From the human T2T-CHM13v2.0 reference genome, Homo sapiens: a stretch of 64,000 nucleotides of DNA. Position numbers and translations under genes: made by a program. Below the pieces are notes generated by a model. The model was not told the origin of the DNA. It saw only the letters and a program-made list of their open reading frames with translations, and did no database searches. The DNA is taken from the NCBI RefSeq assembly GCF_009914755.1, contig NC_060943.1, one strand, 5' to 3'. Shown here one piece after another: positions 1 through 13,240 of this stretch (its first letter is position 1; each line of letters opens with the position of its first letter).

Positions 1-917
<917 letters not shown>

Positions 918-1034
918 TAGTTGTTATACTGTATTTTTAAAATTTTGCATTTTTTATTGTCTTATTGCTATTTTTTTGGTCCTCAGTTGGTTGAATCTGC
1001 AGATGCACAATCCACAAATACAGAGGGCAGACTG
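918..1034. mobile_element. MER2/Tigger3-type terminal fragment
   Basis: ttggttgaatctgcagatgca...gagggcagactg|ta terminal inverted repeat. Confidence 0.6.
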
Positions 1035-1359
1035 TATTTGCTTTGCTAGTATTTACTTTTGGTTAATGTGCATGTGTGATTTATGAATGATGGCAATAGC
1101 TATGCAGTGGCAGAAAGTTGGGAGTTTATGCCCCATAATGTGTTTTTGAAGGCAGAATACTGCTAGGTGAAATTGAACAAAACCTAAATATATAGAGAAA
1201 TATACCATGTTCATGGATTGAAATACTCCACATTGTTAAGATGTTTATTCTTCCCAAATTGATATGAAGATTCAATGCAATCCTAACAAAAATCCCAGCA
1301 AACATTTTGTAAATCTTTCCAAGCTAATTCTAAAATGCACATAGAAATAAAAAGGTCTA

Positions 1360-2223
<864 letters not shown>

Positions 2224-2286
2224 TATGATGTTAGCTGGTTATTTTGCTCGTTAGTTGATGCAGTTTCTTCCTAGTCTTGATAGTCT

Positions 2287-3303
2287 TTACATTTTGGCAT
2301 GATTTTGCAGCGGCTGGTACCGGTTGTTCCTTTCCATGTTTATCGCTTCCTTCAGGAGCTCTTTTAGGGCAGGCCTGGTGGTGACAAAATCTCTCAGCAT
2401 TTGCTTGTATGTAAAGTATTTTATTTCTCCTTCGCTTATGAAGCTTAGTTTGGCTGGATATGAAATTCTGGGTTGAAAATTCTTTTCTTTAAGAATGTTG
2501 AATATTGGCCCCCACTCTCTTCTGGTTTGTAGGGTTTCTGCTGAGAGATCCGCTGTTAGTCTGATGGGCTTCCCTTTGAGGGTAACCCGACCTTTCTCTC
2601 TGGCTGCCCTTAACATTTTTTCCTTCATTTCAACTTTGGTGAATCTGACAATTATGTGTCTTGGAGTTGCTCTTCTCGAGGAGTATCTCTGTGGTGTTCT
2701 CTGTATTTCCTGAATCTGAACGTTGGCCTGCCTTGCTAGATTGGGGAAGTTCTCCTGGATAATATCCTGCAGAGTGTTTTCCAACTTGGTTCCATTCTCC
2801 CCGTCACTTTCAGGTACACCAATCAGACGTAGATTTGGTCTTTTCACATAGTCCCATATTTCTTGGAGGCTTTGCTCATTTCTTTTTATTCTTTTTTCTC
2901 TAAACTTCCCTTCTCGCTTCATTTCATTCATTTCATCTTCCATTGCTGATACCCTTTCTTCCAGTTGATCGCATCGGCTCCTGAGGCTTCTGCATTCTTC
3001 ACGTAGTTCTCGAGCCTTGGTTTTCAGCTCCATCAGCTCCTTTAAGCACTTCTCTGTATTGGTTATTCTAGTTATACATTCTTTTAAATTTTTTTCAAAG
3101 TTTTCAACTTCTTTGCCTTTGGTTTGAATGTCCTCCCGTAGCTCAGAGTAATTTGATCGTCTGAAGCCTTCTTCTCTCAGCTCGTCAAAGTCGTTCTCCA
3201 TCCAGCTTTGTTCCGTTGCTGGTGAGGAACTGCATTCCTTTGGAGGAGGAGAGGCGCTCTGCTTTTTAGAGTTTCCAGTTTTTCTGTTCTGTTTTTTCCC
3301 CAT
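2287..3303 (-). CDS. LINE-1 ORF1p, intact 338-aa reading frame
   Basis: MGKKQNRKTGNSK...YQPLQNHAKM. REKG, RR (TRREW in place of ARR) and YPAKLS motifs present. Confidence 0.92.
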   Translation of the reverse strand: MGKKQNRKTGNSKKQSASPPPKECSSSPATEQSWMENDFDELREEGFRRSNYSELREDIQTKGKEVENFEKNLKECITRITNTEKCLKELMELKTKARELREECRSLRSRCDQLEERVSAMEDEMNEMKREGKFREKRIKRNEQSLQEIWDYVKRPNLRLIGVPESDGENGTKLENTLQDIIQENFPNLARQANVQIQEIQRTPQRYSSRRATPRHIIVRFTKVEMKEKMLRAAREKGRVTLKGKPIRLTADLSAETLQTRREWGPIFNILKEKNFQPRISYPAKLSFISEGEIKYFTYKQMLRDFVTTRPALKELLKEAINMERNNRYQPLQNHAKM

Positions 3304-3759
3304 CTTTGTGGTTTTATCTACTTTTGGTCTTTGATGATGGTCATGTACAGATGGGTTTTTGGTGTGGATGTCCTTTCTGTTTGTTAGTTTTCCTTCTAAC
3401 AGACAGGACCCTCAGCTGCAGGTCTGTTGGAATACCCTGCCATGTGAGGTGTCAGTGTGCCCCTGCTGGGGGGTGCCTCCCAGTTAGGCTGCTTGGGGGT
3501 CAGGGGTCAGGGACCCACTTGAGGAGGCAGTCTGCCCGTTCTCAGATCTCCAGCTGCGTGCTGGGAGAACCACTGCTCTCTTCAAAGCTGTCAGACAGGG
3601 ACATTTTAAGTTTGCAGAGGTTACTGCTATCTTTTTGTTTGTCTGTGCCCTGCCCCCAGAGGTGGAGCCTACAGATGCAGGCAGGCCTCCTTGAGCTGTG
3701 GTGGGCTCCACCCAGTTCGAACTTCCCGGCTGCTTTGTTTACCTAATCAAGCCTGGGCA

Positions 3760-4266
3760 ATGGCAGGCGCCCCTCCCCCAGCCTCGCTGCCGCCTTGCAG
3801 TTTGATCTCAGACTGCTGTGCTAGCAATCAGCGAGACTCCGTGGGTGTAGGACCCTCCGAGCCAGGTGCGGGATATAATCTCGTGGTGCGCCGTTTTTTT
3901 AAGCCCGCCGGAAAAGCGCAGTATTCGGGTGGGAGTGACCCGATTTTCCAGGTGCCATCCGTCACTCCGTTCTTTGACTTGGAAAGGGAACTCCCTGACC
4001 CCTTGCACTTCCCAAGTGAGGCATTGCCTCGCCCTGCTTCTGCTCCCGCACGGTGCGCGCACCCACTGACCTGCGCCCACTGTCTGGCACTCCCTAGTGG
4101 GATGAACCCGGTACCTCAGATGGAAATGCAGAAATCACCGTCTTCTGCGACGCTCACGCTGGGAGCGGTAGACCGGAGCTGTTCCTATTCGGCCATCTTC
4201 AAAACTTTGGGATATTTAGCTTACCTTGTTTCAAAGCTTAATATAAAGCTATTTCATAGAGTGTAG
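3760..4266 (+). CDS. L1 ORF0 variant, frameshift-extended to 168 aa
   Basis: MAGAPPPASLPPCSLISDCCASNQRDSVGVGPSEPGAGYNLVVRRF is the ORF0 N-terminus. The frame shifts at the T run near 3894-3900 and stays open past the L1 end. Expression unknown. Confidence 0.5.
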   Translation: MAGAPPPASLPPCSLISDCCASNQRDSVGVGPSEPGAGYNLVVRRFFKPAGKAQYSGGSDPIFQVPSVTPFFDLERELPDPLHFPSEALPRPASAPARCAHPLTCAHCLALPSGMNPVPQMEMQKSPSSATLTLGAVDRSCSYSAIFKTLGYLAYLVSKLNIKLFHRV

Positions 4267-5169
4267 TATTTGTATAAGGAAAGTTAAATATATCAGTGTA
4301 ACAGAAGACAGGCTCCAGAAATAATTCCAAATATATACAACCAATTGATTTATAAGAGTCACCTATGCAAATCAATGAGGGAAATAATTTTTTATCTTAA
4401 AAAATCTATTTGGAGAGATTTTATAATAAAAAAATTCCTGCAAACTATTCAAAAATCCATCAATAGAAGAACAGATGAATAAACTATGGTATATTCATAC
4501 CTTGAATATTACTAAATAGTAAAAAGCTATAAACTACTAATCTAAGGAATAACATAGCAGAATCTCAAATTTTTCTATTGAATGAAAGAATTAAGGAATA
4601 GTAGTATTCATAATGTATGATTCCATTTACATGAAGATCAAGATAAGGTAAAACACATTAATTGTAATAGAAATCAGAACAACAGTAGCCTTAGGAGAAT
4701 GAAAGATAAGAAGCAAGAGAGAACTTTTAGGAATGATGGAAATGTTCTGTAAGTGTCTTCCTGTTGCAGATACTCTGAATTTTTGATGAGTTGGGGATGA
4801 GTCCTTACGTGGAAACATTCATGGAAAGTATTAGCTCTGGGTTTTTTTTTTTGTTTTATTTTTTGTTTTTGACAAGAGCTCACTCTGTTGCCCAGGTTGG
4901 AGGGCAGTGGCACCATTTCGGCTCACTGCAACCTCCGCCTCCCAAGTTCAAGCAATTCTTGTGCTTCGGCCTCCTGAGGAGCTGGGATTACAGGCATGCA
5001 TCACTGCACCAGGCTAATTTTTGTATTTCTAGTAACGTCGGGGTTTTGCCATGTTGGCCGGGCCAAGAACTCCTGGCCTCAAGTGATCCGCCTGCCTCAG
5101 CCTTCCAAATGCTGAGATTACAGGTGTGAGCCATTGTGCCCTGCCTTGATGTATTTATTTGAATACTTC

Positions 5170-6900
5170 AAAAAGAAGAAGAGTTACAGTGATACTAAGG
5201 AAATAATTATTAGTAATTAAATGGAAATACTTAGTACTTTATAATTAAATTATTATTCTAGGTTGAAAAGTAAGTATGGACAAAATTTAAAATTTAAAAT
5301 AAATGAAGGCATATTACACAGAATTGAGTGGAGACCAGTACTATGGTCAGAATTGTAAAAAATGAGCCTGGAAGATAATATACTATGAATTTCATGATGA
5401 ATGTCAATTGCAATTTGCTGTGAGAGAGCAAAAAAAAAAAGCTGTTTATTACATAACAAATTAAATTGTTAAAGAGAAAAATATTGTGAAACATTTTCAG
5501 CAAATACATAGTAAATTTGATGAGACGTTTTCTCTTGAGAAGCAAAATGGAATAGATGAAGTTAGTTGCCTGAAATTAGAATTAAATGTCCAACCAAAAT
5601 ATTTAAACAATTTTTAAACAGAATCTGAGTTTATAACCTTTTTGAGCTATAAAATGGCTCTGATTCTTGCACAAAAAAGAAATGTTGGATATAGAGATAA
5701 GATAAATTATTAGTTTGGTTGCAAAAATCTTGTTAGCATATTCTGAGAAAGACTAAAATGATCTTATAAAAAGTAAAAAAAAATTAAGTCACCTAAAAAC
5801 TGCTCATAGAATACAAGATATTTCTAACAATATCATGGATCAATTAATTCAAAGTTAGCAAAAGCTTCAAGTACTCTTCTTTAGCCATATATGAGTTGTG
5901 CAATATAAGATAATTTAGCCCAATTGATACTGTGGGTACATTTTGTCTCAAAAGATCCCCAAATAAAAAAAGCTGTCAATTCGCAGCCTACAAAACCAGA
6001 GTCATGACATAGATATTTTTGTCTTTTATATCTGTCAAAGAAAAATTTCTGTTAGGTATCAAAAAATATTTCTATCACAATAGATGATACACCAGCTGTA
6101 TTAGGTTAAAAATCTGAATTCCTTGGAATTTTAATGCAAGAGACTGATGTCTCCCTAACTGCTTTGCTCTACTGTATAAAGAATATACCTATGAAGTATA
6201 TACATGTAAATATTATGAATCACGACTACTTCATGGAACTGTTAAAAGAAATAGAGGTCAGGCTTGGTGGCTGACGCCTGTAATCCCAGCATTTTGGGAG
6301 GCTGAGGGGGGCGATCATGAGGTCAGCAGATCAAGCCCATCCTGGCTAACACGGTGAAACCCCGTCTCTACTAAAACTACAAAAAATTAGCCAGGTGTGG
6401 TGGTGGGCACCTGTAGTCCCAGCTACTCGGGAGGCTGAGGAGAATGGCATGAACCTGGGAGGCGGAGCTTGCAGTGAGCCGAGATCGCGCCACTGCACTC
6501 CAGCCTAGGTGATAGAGTGAGACTCCGTCTCAAAAAAACATAACAAAACAAAACAAAAAAGAAATAGAGAACAATTAATCTTATGTTCTTTCCCAATGCT
6601 CATCTGTTTAATGGTGTAAGACATTTACAAAGATTTCTCGTACTTTGAACTCCAGTTCAAGATTTTCTTTAAAGAAAGTTTTCCAAATATTTAATAATAA
6701 AGGAAAAAGAAGACAGTGATTTTTTTTCTCACCAGTATCACATTGCATATGAATAAGCAAAATCTGAAACTCCAAGGAAAGGAAAGCTTTTTTTTCGTGA
6801 CCTAGTGAAAATAATAGGAACATTCATTGAAATGAAAACTTTTCACTGTATAAGTTCATAATAATGATTTTATATATTTTTCTAGCATGAATCAATATAT
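5170..6900 (+). mobile_element. Decayed hAT/Charlie-type transposase, with an Alu at ~6257-6560
   Basis: Broken frames give KYSSLAIYELCNI..AQLILWVHFV (~5868-5946) and ISITIDDTPAVLG (~6068-6106), matching the FSLALDEST..AQL and VTTDGAPAM motifs of hAT transposases. Confidence 0.65.
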
Positions 6901-6904
6901 AGAG

Positions 6905-8650
6905 GATTTTAACAGGACTGAAAAGCCTTGTGAAAAGATGCATGCAATGAAGAAATAGGCAATCTTAGTAAAGAAATAGGAACTATAAAAGTACTAAAGG
7001 AAAATTCTAGAACTGAAAAATGTAATATCTGAAATTAAACAATTTGATAGATAGGCTTAGCAGCAGAACTGAAATGACAGAGAAAAAGAATAAGTGAATT
7101 TGAAAACAGAGTAACAGAAGTTGTCCAAGCTGAAGAACAGAAAAAAAATACTGAAGATAAATAACAAAGACAGTGACCTGTGGGACAGTACCAAAAGATT
7201 TAACGTATGAGTAGAGTAAATGCAGAAAAAATATTTGAAGATATAATGGCCAAGAATTTCTGGAATTTGGTGAAAGGCACATGTGTGCAAATTTCAGAGG
7301 CTCAGAGTACCCCAAGCAGAATTAACACAAAGAAAACCATACCTAGGCACCTCATACTCAAACAGCTGAAAACCAAAAGTAATAAGAAAATCTGGAAAGC
7401 ACCCAGAGAAAAAGGACACATTACATAAGAGAAAAAACAATTCAAATGACTTCTTCTTGTAAACTATGGAGACTTGAAGACCAGAAGTCGGTGATTTATA
7501 TATACATATATGAAACAATATATATCTCTTTATGAGTATATATATGTGTGTGTATTCTTTGTGTGTGTGCATATACACACACATATATTCATATATCTCC
7601 AAAAAACTGCCAACCCAGAATTCTATAGCCAGAAGAAATCCTTAAAAAATAAAGGCATTTCAGTAAAAGAAACTATGAAAATTCATCACCAGCAGACGTT
7701 CACTCCAAGAAATGCTAAGTTAAGTTCCTCAAACTGTAGGGAAATGATACCAGAGAAAAATTCAGATCTCTGGAAAGAAATAAACAGCATGGGAAATAGT
7801 AAATATATGGGTAAATATAAAAGATGAGGATTTTCATCTTAATTTCTTTAAGCAACTGGGTGTAGCACTGTGTGCCTATAGTCCCAGCTACTCCAGAGGT
7901 TGAGGCAGGAGGATTGCCTGAGCTCAGGAGTTCAAGGCTGTAGTGTGCTATATAACATCTGTGAATAGCCACTGAATTCCAGCCTGGGCAACATAGCAAT
8001 ACCCCATCTCTAAAAATAGAATACAGAAGACTGTTCAAATTTCCAACATGACTTTCCATGGATTACTTATTTAATTGCAAAGAAAAAATTCACCCATAAC
8101 AATGGAAGGAGCTGGTGGTCAATACATGAATCAAGGGATAAAACATAGTTTCACTTGTAGGCCACCTGATACTTTACAATATTAAGTACATGATACTATC
8201 TATGAAGTAGTCTTTTGAAAATGTTTAATCTGAAACCCAATCAAGCCTCTAATCATAACCTCCAGGTCACAGTAAATATAGAGGACAAAGAAACAAGTTA
8301 ATCACACCTCCAGAAACAATAAGACAAACACAGCATGTGCAACACTATTTAGGTCAAATCTAAAGTCTTCAAAAAGTCTATGTCACAAAATGATGAAGGG
8401 TAGGCTCTTGACTAAAAGAGACTTAATAAGCCATAATCATATAAAATATATGAGATTAGTTTGGTTCTTGGCTTGTGAAAAAGACAGTGCTAAAAGACAT
8501 TATTTTAAAAATTGGAGAAATTTGCAAATGGAGTGAATATTTTAAGACATTATAGGGTTACTGTTAATTTTTTTGTGACAATGGTGTAGTAGACATCTAG
8601 AAGATTATCTTTGATCCTAGCAGTTGTATGTTGCCTTTTTTTTAGAGGTG
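6905..8650 (+). mobile_element. L1M ORF1 and 3' relics, with TA/TG microsatellite and FAM
   Basis: ORF1-like PSRINTKKTIPRHLILKQLKTK. Confidence 0.6.
7855..8017 (+). mobile_element. FAM (fossil Alu monomer)
   Basis: Monomeric; retains the 7SL-derived tgtgaatagccactg segment. Confidence 0.7.
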
Positions 8651-9277
8651 AATGATACCTAAAACATTCACTCAAAAAACAGGAAAAGTGATATATGTAA
8701 TATATACATATATTCATGTGTAATAAGTATGATATATATATATATGCATCTGTGTATATACATAGACATAAGACATGCATGGTATATATGTATTTGTGTG
8801 TATATATGTGTTAGTATACACATAAAAAAGAGAGACATCAGATGTACTGAAACTAGGTGAAGGGCAAACAAGCCTTCACTGCACCACTGTAAACAGCTAC
8901 CTTTTCTGTAAGGATGTAAATCTTAACATTTTCATAAACTTAGGGAAAACTTTTCCAAGTTAATATCTGTCTTTTGGCTACCTAACTGTTCATTTCTAAT
9001 TTATTTTAATTGTAGAGGATGCAAAATATGTGTTATCTGTATTATAGGATTTGTGAAAAAATTTCTTTAAACCACTCTCTAATTTTCAACAGCTATCCTT
9101 TCATTATTCAATAAATACACATTATTTATTCCAGCATTAATCTTCAGGGGTATGAATTCTGAATTTAAAAATTTCTCATTTAATATATTCTACAGGATTT
9201 TGTCCAGAATAAATTATATGAAGTGATGATAGAGCATTTTCAAAATATCACACTCATAGGGTCTTCCTTCTATAAGA

Positions 9278-9283
9278 TTTATT
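9278..9283 (-). terminator. Candidate ZNF404 polyadenylation signal AATAAA (others at 9125-9130 and 9000-9005)
   Basis: First minus-strand AATAAA downstream of the stop codon. Confidence 0.5.
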
Positions 9284-9304
9284 TTTAGTAATTCTAACAA
9301 TTAT

Positions 9305-9400
9305 CATAAAAATAATGTATTTAGTAAGCAAATACGATGTGCCAGATGCCTTTCCAAGTATTTATATTCTATATTAACTAGTTTAATCTTCACTATAGCA
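9305..9400 (-). mobile_element. MIR 3' fragment in the ZNF404 3'UTR
   Basis: atgtgccagatgcc...attaactagtttaatcttcac resembles the reverse complement of the MIR 3' end. Confidence 0.55.
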
Positions 9401-9453
9401 TCATAATAGTGACAACAGTAAAAATGTGCCATGGCTAAAGGCTTTCCCTCTCA

Positions 9454-10976
9454 TTACATTAAGAGTCTCTCACCATGGTGAAATCTTTGATGTTGACTAA
9501 GTTGATAGCAATGACTAAAGGCCTTACCACATTCTTTGCATTTCTGTGGTTTCACACCAGTATGAATTGTCTCATGTTGAGTAAGTCGATCACTGCGATT
9601 AAAGGCCTTATCACATTCTTTACATTCATAGGGTTTTTCACCAGTATGAATTCTCTTATGTTGAGAAAGACCTGAGATAGAACGAAAGGCCTTCTTACAT
9701 TCTTTACATACATAGGGTTTCAAACCAGTATGAATTGTCTGATGATAAATTAGTTGAGAATTAAGTCTAAAGGTTTTTCCACATTCCTTACATTCATAGG
9801 GTTTCTCCCCAGCATGAATTGATTGATGTGTCTTAAGGTCTCCAACACGACTGAAGGCTTTCCCACATTGCTTACATTCATATGGCTTCAAATCAGTATG
9901 AATTATCTGATGTTGAATAAGATATGAATGAAGCTTAAAAGTCTTCCCACATTCTTTACATTCATGTGGCTTCTCACCAGTATGAATTCTCTGATGCTGT
10001 GTAAGTTGAGAGCCTCTACAAAAGGCCTTTCCACAATCCTTACAATCATAGAGTTTCTCACTACTATGAATTCTCTTATGTTTAAGAAGGCTTGAGCCCT
10101 TACTAAAAGCCTTTCCACATTCCATGCATTCATGAGGTTTCTCACCAGTATGACTTCTTTGATGTTCAACAAGTAGATAGCTGCGAACAAAGGCCTTTTC
10201 ACATTGTTCACATTTATATGGTTTCTCACCAGAATGAATTTTCTTATGTTGGTAAAGACTTGAACGATGACCAAAAGCCTTTCCACATTCTTTACATTTG
10301 TAGGGTTTCACACCATGATGAATTTTCTGATGCAGACACATATGTCGATATAATCTAAACGTTTCCCCACATTCCTTACATTCAAAGGGTTTCAAGCCAA
10401 CATGAATTTTCTGATGTTCTGTAAGGTGAGAATGACGTCTAAAAGCCTTCCCGCATTGCTTACATTCATAGGGTTTCATACCAGTATGAATTATCTGATG
10501 CTGAATAAGCTGTGAATAAAACCTAAAGGCCTTCTCACATCCATTGCATTCATAGGGTTTCAAATCAGTGTGGATTTTTCGATGTCTAATAAAATGCTGG
10601 AAAACTACAAATGCTTTTCCACATTCATTACATTCATAGGGTATCACACCAGTATGGTCTCTCAGATGTTCAGTAAGGTGCAAATATTTTCTAAAGCCCT
10701 TCTTATATTCCTTACACTCATATGATTTCTCTCTTGTGTTATTTCTCTTATGTAGAGGAAGGGATTTATGTTTTTTGAATATCATTTGACTAAAACATCC
10801 CACTTTAGGTCTCTGTTGTCTCCCAAATTCAATTGTGTACTGTGGGTCAGTTCTGAAAATAAACCTCATAAGGTTGAAGGTTTTATTTCTTTTCCATGTC
10901 TCCTGATGGTACGCATTTACTTCATAATTTCTTTTTTCTGAAGATAACTTGTTGCTTTCAGTTGTGAAATTAAAGT
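9454..10976 (-). CDS. ZNF404: ZNF404 terminal coding exon: spacer, 1 degenerate and 14 intact C2H2 fingers
   Basis: ORF 9454-11016 with repeated CxxC-x12-HxxxH units. Acceptor tttcattttcttccag|AC at 10976 joins the KRAB-A exon in phase 1 (G+AC=Asp, [13 protein letters not shown]). Exons sum to 9+127+1523 = 1659 nt = 552 aa + stop. Protein recognised as ZNF404. Confidence 0.93.
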
Positions 10977-12940
10977 CTGGAAGAAAATGAAAAAACAAAC
11001 AAATGCTATTTTCCAATAATAGGGGTAGGGAGAGGACATCTATATTAAAAATAGTGATAAACTAAAAAGTGTATCTGTTAGTAATAAAAGAGTTTAGAAA
11101 ATTCTAAAGTACTGCCATGCAATTTTTAAAAGGCAAGAAGGGCTCAGAAAATTATGAAAGTGCACAGGAGGATGTAAGATTTATGAGTAGGCAAAGACAA
11201 AGTCACTAGTTCTCATATTTAGTTGCAAATCAGAATTACCATAGGAGCATTTTACATACACTATCTTTTAGATATCCACTCAGACTGAGTGGATCAGAAT
11301 GCACAGGAGTATGTCCTGAATATCTCTATTCCTAACATTATCACATTGCTCTCTATATAATTGTCAGTGGTTTGGCTTTATCTTAGAATGAAAACCAAAC
11401 ACATAACCATGAATAAAAGGCCCTGTCTTATCCACACAAATTCATTTCAAGCCCTTGATATCTGCTCCCTATATTGTACCACATTGCATCTTTTCAGCTG
11501 TGAGAACACACCACAAATCTTTCCCATCTCCTGGGGTGTTACATAGATGTTCCACCTTTCAGAAATCCTCTTAAGTGGCTTCTTTAAATAATTGGCTAAC
11601 TTTAAGTAAATTCATATTTTTAAGTCTAGATTCCATTTCCCAATTATTTGCCTTTATACTCCTTCTCTCAATTACATATTTACTAAATCTCATTTGTTTT
11701 ACTACTTATTTTGTTACCCTAAAACATAGCATAGGTGCAAATCTTCTTTCAACTCCCATTGAAAAACAAGTCCCTACCATTGGTAAGTATTACATAATTC
11801 ATTGTAGAATGAAATGTTGAGTTAAAAATGTAAACTGGATGAAAATAAAGGTCATTGGAAAAGAGAGCTGAGTAAACTAACCATTTCATTTCTGAAAATT
11901 ATGTAAAAATTATCAGGTATCTCTCCCTGACTCCAATCTCTCACTCCTTATTAATCTTTTACCTCACATTTACTTTACAGGTGAGAAAAATGCACTTCCA
12001 AAATAGCTCAGTCAAGAATATAAGTGGAAAAGGCTGATATGTGGCCATTCTGCAATAACCTGTCCCCTTAAAAATATACATGCCTCTACCACTGGTGTTC
12101 ATTCTTTCCTTTGCATAGCCATGCTTTTCTGTTTCTATCTCAATCAAAGTAATCACGTGTTGCATTAATTTTTACTGTAATGTTTTAAATAATTTTTTTT
12201 TTAAATCTACAAATAATGCCTGTAAGGTTGAAGGTTTTACTTCTTTTCATTCTACACATTTTCAATCTGTTGTGTTTCTTCAATGCCTTTCCCAAATTCT
12301 ACCTTCTATTCATTTAAAGCCAAGGTGGATCATTCTTGAATTCTACAGAAATGCATCTCAGTAATTTTTCAGGAATTGCACGAATTAATATATTGAAAGG
12401 CTTATCAAAGTCAAAGCAAATAAACCTGGGGATATTGGGAAAAATAAAGTAAAAAATGGGGCAAGAGTCTAGGAAACTGAGTGCCTAGTAGTTTGCAACA
12501 AAGAATATATTGGACGTAGGCTGAAGATTGATAATCTGTGTGAGGGAGCAGCCTTTGAAATCTAATATGCTAAATGGGTCAAGTATTGAAAACAAGTGGA
12601 ATTCTGTGAAAAAAGTATAAATTTAAAAAGTCAAAATAATACAGATGTTATCCTCTGAGCCAATGCAATAAAGGATAAGTAGCAATATCAAACAGCCAAA
12701 ACACTTCCTATTTATAAACAGAAAGTACTCAACAACTACTCTTAGGTCAAAGACAAAATACAAACTGAAACTGTAGAATTTCTTGAAGACAGTGATAATG
12801 GAGATACTACATATCAGAATCTATGGCTTTCAGTTATAATGCACCAAGGCAAACTCAAAGATTAACATGCTTACATCTAATTAAAAATAAAAGAATTAAA
12901 ATGAATAAATGAAGCATTTCATTTAAAAATTAGGGAAAAC

Positions 12941-13240
12941 AGCCAGGCTCAATGGCTCATGCCTGTAATCCCAGCACTTTGGGAGGCCGAAGCAGGCAGA
13001 TTGTTTGAGGCCAAGAGTTCAAGACCAACCTGGCCAACAATAGGAAATCTAAAATTACAAAAATTAGCCAGGTGTGGTGGCACACACCTATAGTCCTAGC
13101 TCCTTGGGAAGCTGAGGCACAAGAATCATTTGAACCCAGGAGGCAGAGGTTGCAGTGAGCTGAGATTGCGCCACTGTACTCTAGCCTGGGCGACAGAGTG
13201 AGATTCTGTCTCAAAAATAAATAAATAAATATAAATAAAA
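12941..13240 (+). mobile_element. Alu (J/S) within an L1M relic
   Basis: Dimeric Alu with TSD aaaattaggga. Confidence 0.9.

Noticed and set aside
7855-8017. 7SL RNA gene
   Set aside because: Lacks the S domain and is diverged with an A tail; it is a FAM retrocopy.
10977-11016. N-terminal extensions of the finger ORFs (MENSICLF..; also 52112-52166 MEQNIIH..)
   Set aside because: Intronic polypyrimidine tracts upstream of the true acceptors; the listed starts are TTG, not ATG.
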